64,000 bases of DNA from an uncultured Erysipelotrichaceae bacterium (lineage in GTDB: Bacteria > Bacillota_I > Bacilli_A > RF39 > UBA660). The first letter of the stretch is position 1, and every line of letters starts with the position of its first letter. The position numbers and the translations under genes were made by a program. Shown here piece after piece: positions 59,832 to 64,000 of the stretch. The notes under the pieces were generated by a model. That model saw only the letters and a list, made by a program, of their open reading frames with translations, did no database searches and was not told the DNA's origin. The stretch spans positions 137-64,136 of the forward strand of contig CACXGV010000029.1 of NCBI GenBank assembly GCA_902767375.1, written 5' to 3'.

Positions 59832-61370
59832 ATGTCAATCATTTCATTAAAATTCTTACTGCTTGTTATTTGTCTATTGTTTATATATTATATTATCCCG
59901 CAAAAGTATCGCTGGATAATTCTTTTACTTGGAAGTATAGTTTTTTATTACTTATCCAGTTCTAAATTAATAATATTTATTTGTTTAAGTATTATATCAA
60001 TCTTCATTATTGGACTAAAATTAACTAAGTATAATGAACAAATAAAAGCATTAGATAAAGAACAAAAGGACTTAAAAAATAAATATCAAAAAAAGAAAAA
60101 AAGAATATTATTATTTGGAATTGTTCTAAATATATTATTTATAATATTTACTAAATATTATAATTTTACTATCTCTAATATAAATATAATAACAGGTATA
60201 TTTAATATTAAACCATTAGAACAAACAAAAACATTAATATTACCCCTTGGTATATCTTATTACACTTTAGAGGCTATTAGTTATATTGTAGATATTTATA
60301 GGGGAAAGTATTCTGCATCTAAGAATCCATTTAAAGTAGCCTTATTTCTACTATATTTTCCTAAAATTACAGAAGGACCAATATCTAGATTTGATGAATT
60401 ATCAAAAGAGTTTTTTACTCCTAAAAAGATTGATTTTAATTCAATAACTATTGGATTAGATTTAATAGTATTGGGTTTATTTAAAAAAATGGTCATTGCT
60501 GACCGTGCAGGAATATATGTTAATAATGTATTTGGTGAAGGACTTGGTGGAAGCACCGTAATAGTGGCGATAATTCTTTACACTCTTCAAATATATGCTG
60601 AGTTTTCTGGCTGCATAGATATAGTAAGGGGAGTATCATACCTCTTTAATATTAAACTTCCATTAAACTTTAAAAGCCCATTCTTTGCTAAAGATGTACA
60701 AGAATTCTGGCGCAGATGGCACATCTCACTTGGAGCGTGGATTAAAGAATATGTTTTTTATCCAATATCTTTATCCAAAATGAATATGAAAGTTGTAATG
60801 TTTGCTAAAAAACATTTTAACAACTATTTTTATAAATTTATCAGTGCTGCCTTTCCGTTACTATTTGTATGGCTTGTAAATGGTATTTGGCATGGAGCAA
60901 GTTACAAATATATATTCTATGGTATGTATTACTATATCTTTATGATGATTGGTTTATTAATTGAGCCATTATCCAGCAAGATTAGAACAAAACTAAAGAT
61001 AAATGTTCATATCATAAATGTTATCCACATTATTCGAACTATTATTATTGTAATATTTGGTATGGCTTTATTTAGAAGTACTTCTATCGCTGAATTTTTT
61101 AATTTAATTGGCAGTATTTTTACCAAAGGTAGTGGTATTTATGAGTATGGAATTATTAAAATAGACTTTATTATTCTAATTATTGGTACTATCATCTTAC
61201 TGTTAATAGATACTCTAAGCGAATTTAATAAGATTAATATTGAAGAAGGATTTACTAAAAAAGTGATTATTAGAAGCTTGATATATACTATATTAATATG
61301 TTCAATTGTTATTCTAGGTATATATGGTGAAGGTTATGATGCATCATCCTTTATCTATGGAGCATTTTAG
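59832..61370 (+). CDS. dltB: MBOAT-family membrane O-acyltransferase (DltB/AlgI-like, 512 aa)
   Basis: FWRRWHISLGAWIKEYVFYPI MBOAT His motif; ~11 TM; longer than typical DltB. Confidence 0.7.
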   Translation: MSIISLKFLLLVICLLFIYYIIPQKYRWIILLLGSIVFYYLSSSKLIIFICLSIISIFIIGLKLTKYNEQIKALDKEQKDLKNKYQKKKKRILLFGIVLNILFIIFTKYYNFTISNINIITGIFNIKPLEQTKTLILPLGISYYTLEAISYIVDIYRGKYSASKNPFKVALFLLYFPKITEGPISRFDELSKEFFTPKKIDFNSITIGLDLIVLGLFKKMVIADRAGIYVNNVFGEGLGGSTVIVAIILYTLQIYAEFSGCIDIVRGVSYLFNIKLPLNFKSPFFAKDVQEFWRRWHISLGAWIKEYVFYPISLSKMNMKVVMFAKKHFNNYFYKFISAAFPLLFVWLVNGIWHGASYKYIFYGMYYYIFMMIGLLIEPLSSKIRTKLKINVHIINVIHIIRTIIIVIFGMALFRSTSIAEFFNLIGSIFTKGSGIYEYGIIKIDFIILIIGTIILLLIDTLSEFNKINIEEGFTKKVIIRSLIYTILICSIVILGIYGEGYDASSFIYGAF

Positions 61371-61378
61371 GAGGTAAT

Positions 61379-62443
61379 ATGAAAGATTTTATTAAATTAA
61401 TATCAACGTTATGCATAACATTCGTATTATCTATAATAATTTTATTTATATCATCTAAAATATTCATGCCTAAATGGATTGACCATCGTATGAACATGAT
61501 GACATTTATTATGAAAGGGTTCTATGCAGAACCAAAAGATTCATTAGATGTAATCTTCATGGGCAATAGTGATACATACCGTGGAATAGATCCTTTAGTA
61601 ATGTATCATGAATATGGTTTTACAAGTTATAACTTTGTAGCAGCTGGGCAAAGAATATGGACAGGATATTCAATGTTTGAAGAATCTTTAAAATATCAAA
61701 AACCTAAAATAATACTTTTTAATGCTGATGAATTATTTTTTACTAAACAAACATCATATGGTAATTCAAGTAAGGTATATGACAACATGCCATTAAGTAT
61801 AAATAAAATCAATTCTGTATTTGATCCAAATTATAAAAGATCTCGTATAGTTAAACTAGCCCACTTTTTACCAATTTTTAGATATCACAGTCGTTATAAT
61901 GAACTCACCAAAGATGATTTAAAATATGCTTTCTATAATGAAAGGTATGCTTTAAAAGGAATGGATATGGTTGCTTATCAAGAACCATATACTGGACCTA
62001 AAGATTATATGAAAGATACAGGTGAAAAAATGACCTTACCAGATGTAAGTATATATTATTTAGACAAAATGATTGAAAGATGTAAGCAAGAAAATATTGA
62101 ATTTCTTTTATATCATACTCCATCACCAGATTCATCTAGTTATGCTAGATACATTGCTGTTAAAGAGTACGCTGATTCCAAAGGTATTATTTATTTAGAA
62201 CTAAATAATGATAACAAAAAAATTGGTATGGACTGGAATAAAGACACATCAGATGGTGGTGATCATTTAAATCTATATGGTTCAGAAAAAGTATCAAAAT
62301 ATTTAGGAAAATATCTAGTAGATAATTATAAATTACCAGATCATCGTAACGAAGAAAAATATAACTATTGGAATGATGATTATAATACATATTTAAATGA
62401 AAGAGAAAAAGAAATAAACAGTGAGAAAAATAAATCTAATTAA
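61379..62443 (+). CDS. dltD: DltD-like membrane-anchored SGNH-type protein
   Basis: N-terminal anchor; 354 aa; C-terminal DGGDHLN Asp/His block; position after dltB. Confidence 0.55.
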   Translation: MKDFIKLISTLCITFVLSIIILFISSKIFMPKWIDHRMNMMTFIMKGFYAEPKDSLDVIFMGNSDTYRGIDPLVMYHEYGFTSYNFVAAGQRIWTGYSMFEESLKYQKPKIILFNADELFFTKQTSYGNSSKVYDNMPLSINKINSVFDPNYKRSRIVKLAHFLPIFRYHSRYNELTKDDLKYAFYNERYALKGMDMVAYQEPYTGPKDYMKDTGEKMTLPDVSIYYLDKMIERCKQENIEFLLYHTPSPDSSSYARYIAVKEYADSKGIIYLELNNDNKKIGMDWNKDTSDGGDHLNLYGSEKVSKYLGKYLVDNYKLPDHRNEEKYNYWNDDYNTYLNEREKEINSEKNKSN

Positions 62444-62522
62444 TAGATTTATTTTTTAAATTAGAGTCAAAACCTTTAAAAAAAGGGCATAATCATATAT
62501 AATTAGAAATAGGGTGTATGAA

Positions 62523-64000
62523 ATGAAAAAAGAATTTAAAATATCAATAATAACATGTATATATAAAATAGAAGATTATTTAGAAGAAGCAATTAATAGC
62601 ATAATTAATCAAGATATTGGTTTTGAAGAAAATGTTCAATTAATCTTAGTTAATGATGGGTCACCTGATAATAGTGAAGAAATATGTTTAAAATATCAAA
62701 AAATGTATCCTGAGAATATTTTTTATATTAAAAAGAAAAATGGAGGATTATCATCTGCTAAAAACGAAGGCTTAAAACATATAAAGGGTAGATATGTTAA
62801 TTTTTTTGATGGGGATGATACTCTACCATCTAACACTTTAAGGGAAGTTTATAATTTTTTTGACAAAAATGATCGCTATATAGATATAGTAGCCCTTCCA
62901 TTATATTTCTTTGAAGCCCAAACTGGCTTACATGTTAAATACAAAAAAATGGGGCATAAAAACCGTATTATAAACTTAATTAAAGAACCATATAATTTTG
63001 TTATTTCAAGTGCTTCTTGTTTTTATAAAAAAGAAATATTTGATAGTTTTAGATTTGATGAATCATACCTTGGTGAAGAAGATACTGAATTAAATTTTAA
63101 AATATATGGCAATAATCCTAAACTAGGATATGTATGTGAAAATGGAGTCAAATACAATTATCGTAAAAGAGCTGACCAAAGTTCTATTTCCGATACTGCT
63201 AAAGAAAATTATCGTGCATATTTAACCGTAGTTAAACTATTAGATTCCATAATACCAGATACTAATAACTTGAATCGTTTATATCAAGAAATCATTATAT
63301 ATGAATTAAGATCTAGGATTAAAACTATTAGTACAGATATATTTCCAACCAAAGAAGAATATGACCAAGTATTTTCCAAAATTAAAAAGTATTTAAAAAA
63401 ACTATCTGCTGATTACATAATCCATGATAGTGAATACTGTAATTCACTTGAAATGAAATATACGCTTTTGGAAAAAGGCGAATTTGATATGTCTTTATTT
63501 AATGAATATGTCTTAAATTCTAATACAATTACTATCAGAGAAATTAAATGCGTAAATGAGTATCTACAAGTAGATGCATTCTTTAATAATTTTGGGATGG
63601 ATTTTTTAGATATTGTTTGTCTAAATGGAAATAGTATTATTGAACCATCCGAAAGTAAAGATTTTAATAGCGCTCTAGATTTAACTTATGGGAATACTAT
63701 TGTTGATAAAACTCACTTACGTAGATTTAAGATTAAACTAAGAAAAGCCAAAAAAATCAATTTTATTTTTAGAAACAGTGATAATAATCGATATTATCCA
63801 GCGGCAAGTATTAAAATGGGAAATCGTACCCCTTTAAATAGTGTTAGCCCAGTATTTTTTGAAAAGAATTATCGTATATTATTTACTGGTCACAGAATTA
63901 AAGTAAGCAAATTATCTAAACCAAGATTAGTATATTTAAAAAGAAAAATTGTCTCTATCTTAAAAATATATAAAAATCAAAAAATATTTACTCCAATAAG
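62523..64000 (+). CDS. Family-2 glycosyltransferase (GT-A), 3' partial and running off the window
   Basis: AGGGTG RBS; ISIITCIYK...VNDGSPD...GLSSAKNEGL...DGDD GT2 motifs; frame open to nt 64000. Confidence 0.7.
   Translation, partial: MKKEFKISIITCIYKIEDYLEEAINSIINQDIGFEENVQLILVNDGSPDNSEEICLKYQKMYPENIFYIKKKNGGLSSAKNEGLKHIKGRYVNFFDGDDTLPSNTLREVYNFFDKNDRYIDIVALPLYFFEAQTGLHVKYKKMGHKNRIINLIKEPYNFVISSASCFYKKEIFDSFRFDESYLGEEDTELNFKIYGNNPKLGYVCENGVKYNYRKRADQSSISDTAKENYRAYLTVVKLLDSIIPDTNNLNRLYQEIIIYELRSRIKTISTDIFPTKEEYDQVFSKIKKYLKKLSADYIIHDSEYCNSLEMKYTLLEKGEFDMSLFNEYVLNSNTITIREIKCVNEYLQVDAFFNNFGMDFLDIVCLNGNSIIEPSESKDFNSALDLTYGNTIVDKTHLRRFKIKLRKAKKINFIFRNSDNNRYYPAASIKMGNRTPLNSVSPVFFEKNYRILFTGHRIKVSKLSKPRLVYLKRKIVSILKIYKNQKIFTPI

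Overview
This 64 kb window is a very AT-rich (roughly 70% A+T by eye) low-GC Gram-positive (Firmicutes-type) chromosomal segment. It is almost entirely + strand and densely packed with housekeeping genes. Recognisable core genes are prfB (with its programmed +1 frameshift site visible), ychF-rpsF-ssb-rpsR-rplI-dnaB, an M23/LysM peptidase-yycJ-rlmH block, ung, lysS, a T-box-regulated pheS-pheT, pcrA-ligA, ctpA and truA. These are followed by a teichoic-acid/D-alanylation operon (two TagF-like glycerophosphotransferases, dltA-dltC-dltB-dltD, then a GT2 glycosyltransferase running off the window). I found no rRNA, tRNA, CRISPR array, transposase or integrase. Among the core genes are several accessory or unusual items: (i) an operon encoding a flavodoxin lipoprotein (outside), a His-rich polytopic membrane protein and a paralogous cytoplasmic flavodoxin (inside), a candidate trans-membrane electron-transfer module; (ii) an Abi_2 (AbiD/AbiF-type) abortive-infection gene inserted between a cell-wall amidase and htrA; (iii) two paralogous signal-anchored surface proteins (316 and 799 aa) that share a ~230-aa N-terminal module and flank pheST, next to an XRE-family regulator; (iv) a pair of decayed ABC/ECF-type ATPase genes sitting where ecfA1-ecfA2(-ecfT) normally precede truA; (v) a tandem pair of 186-aa paralogs of unknown function; (vi) a stand-alone Walker-type ATPase inserted between pcrA and ligA; (vii) a sensor GGDEF protein whose signature is degenerate (DGNEF); (viii) a 574-aa cytoplasmic HExxH protein; (ix) a sugar-transfer-type ATP-grasp ligase with a translationally coupled partner far from any sugar locus. 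All calls are from reading the sequence and ORF translations; no database search was run.
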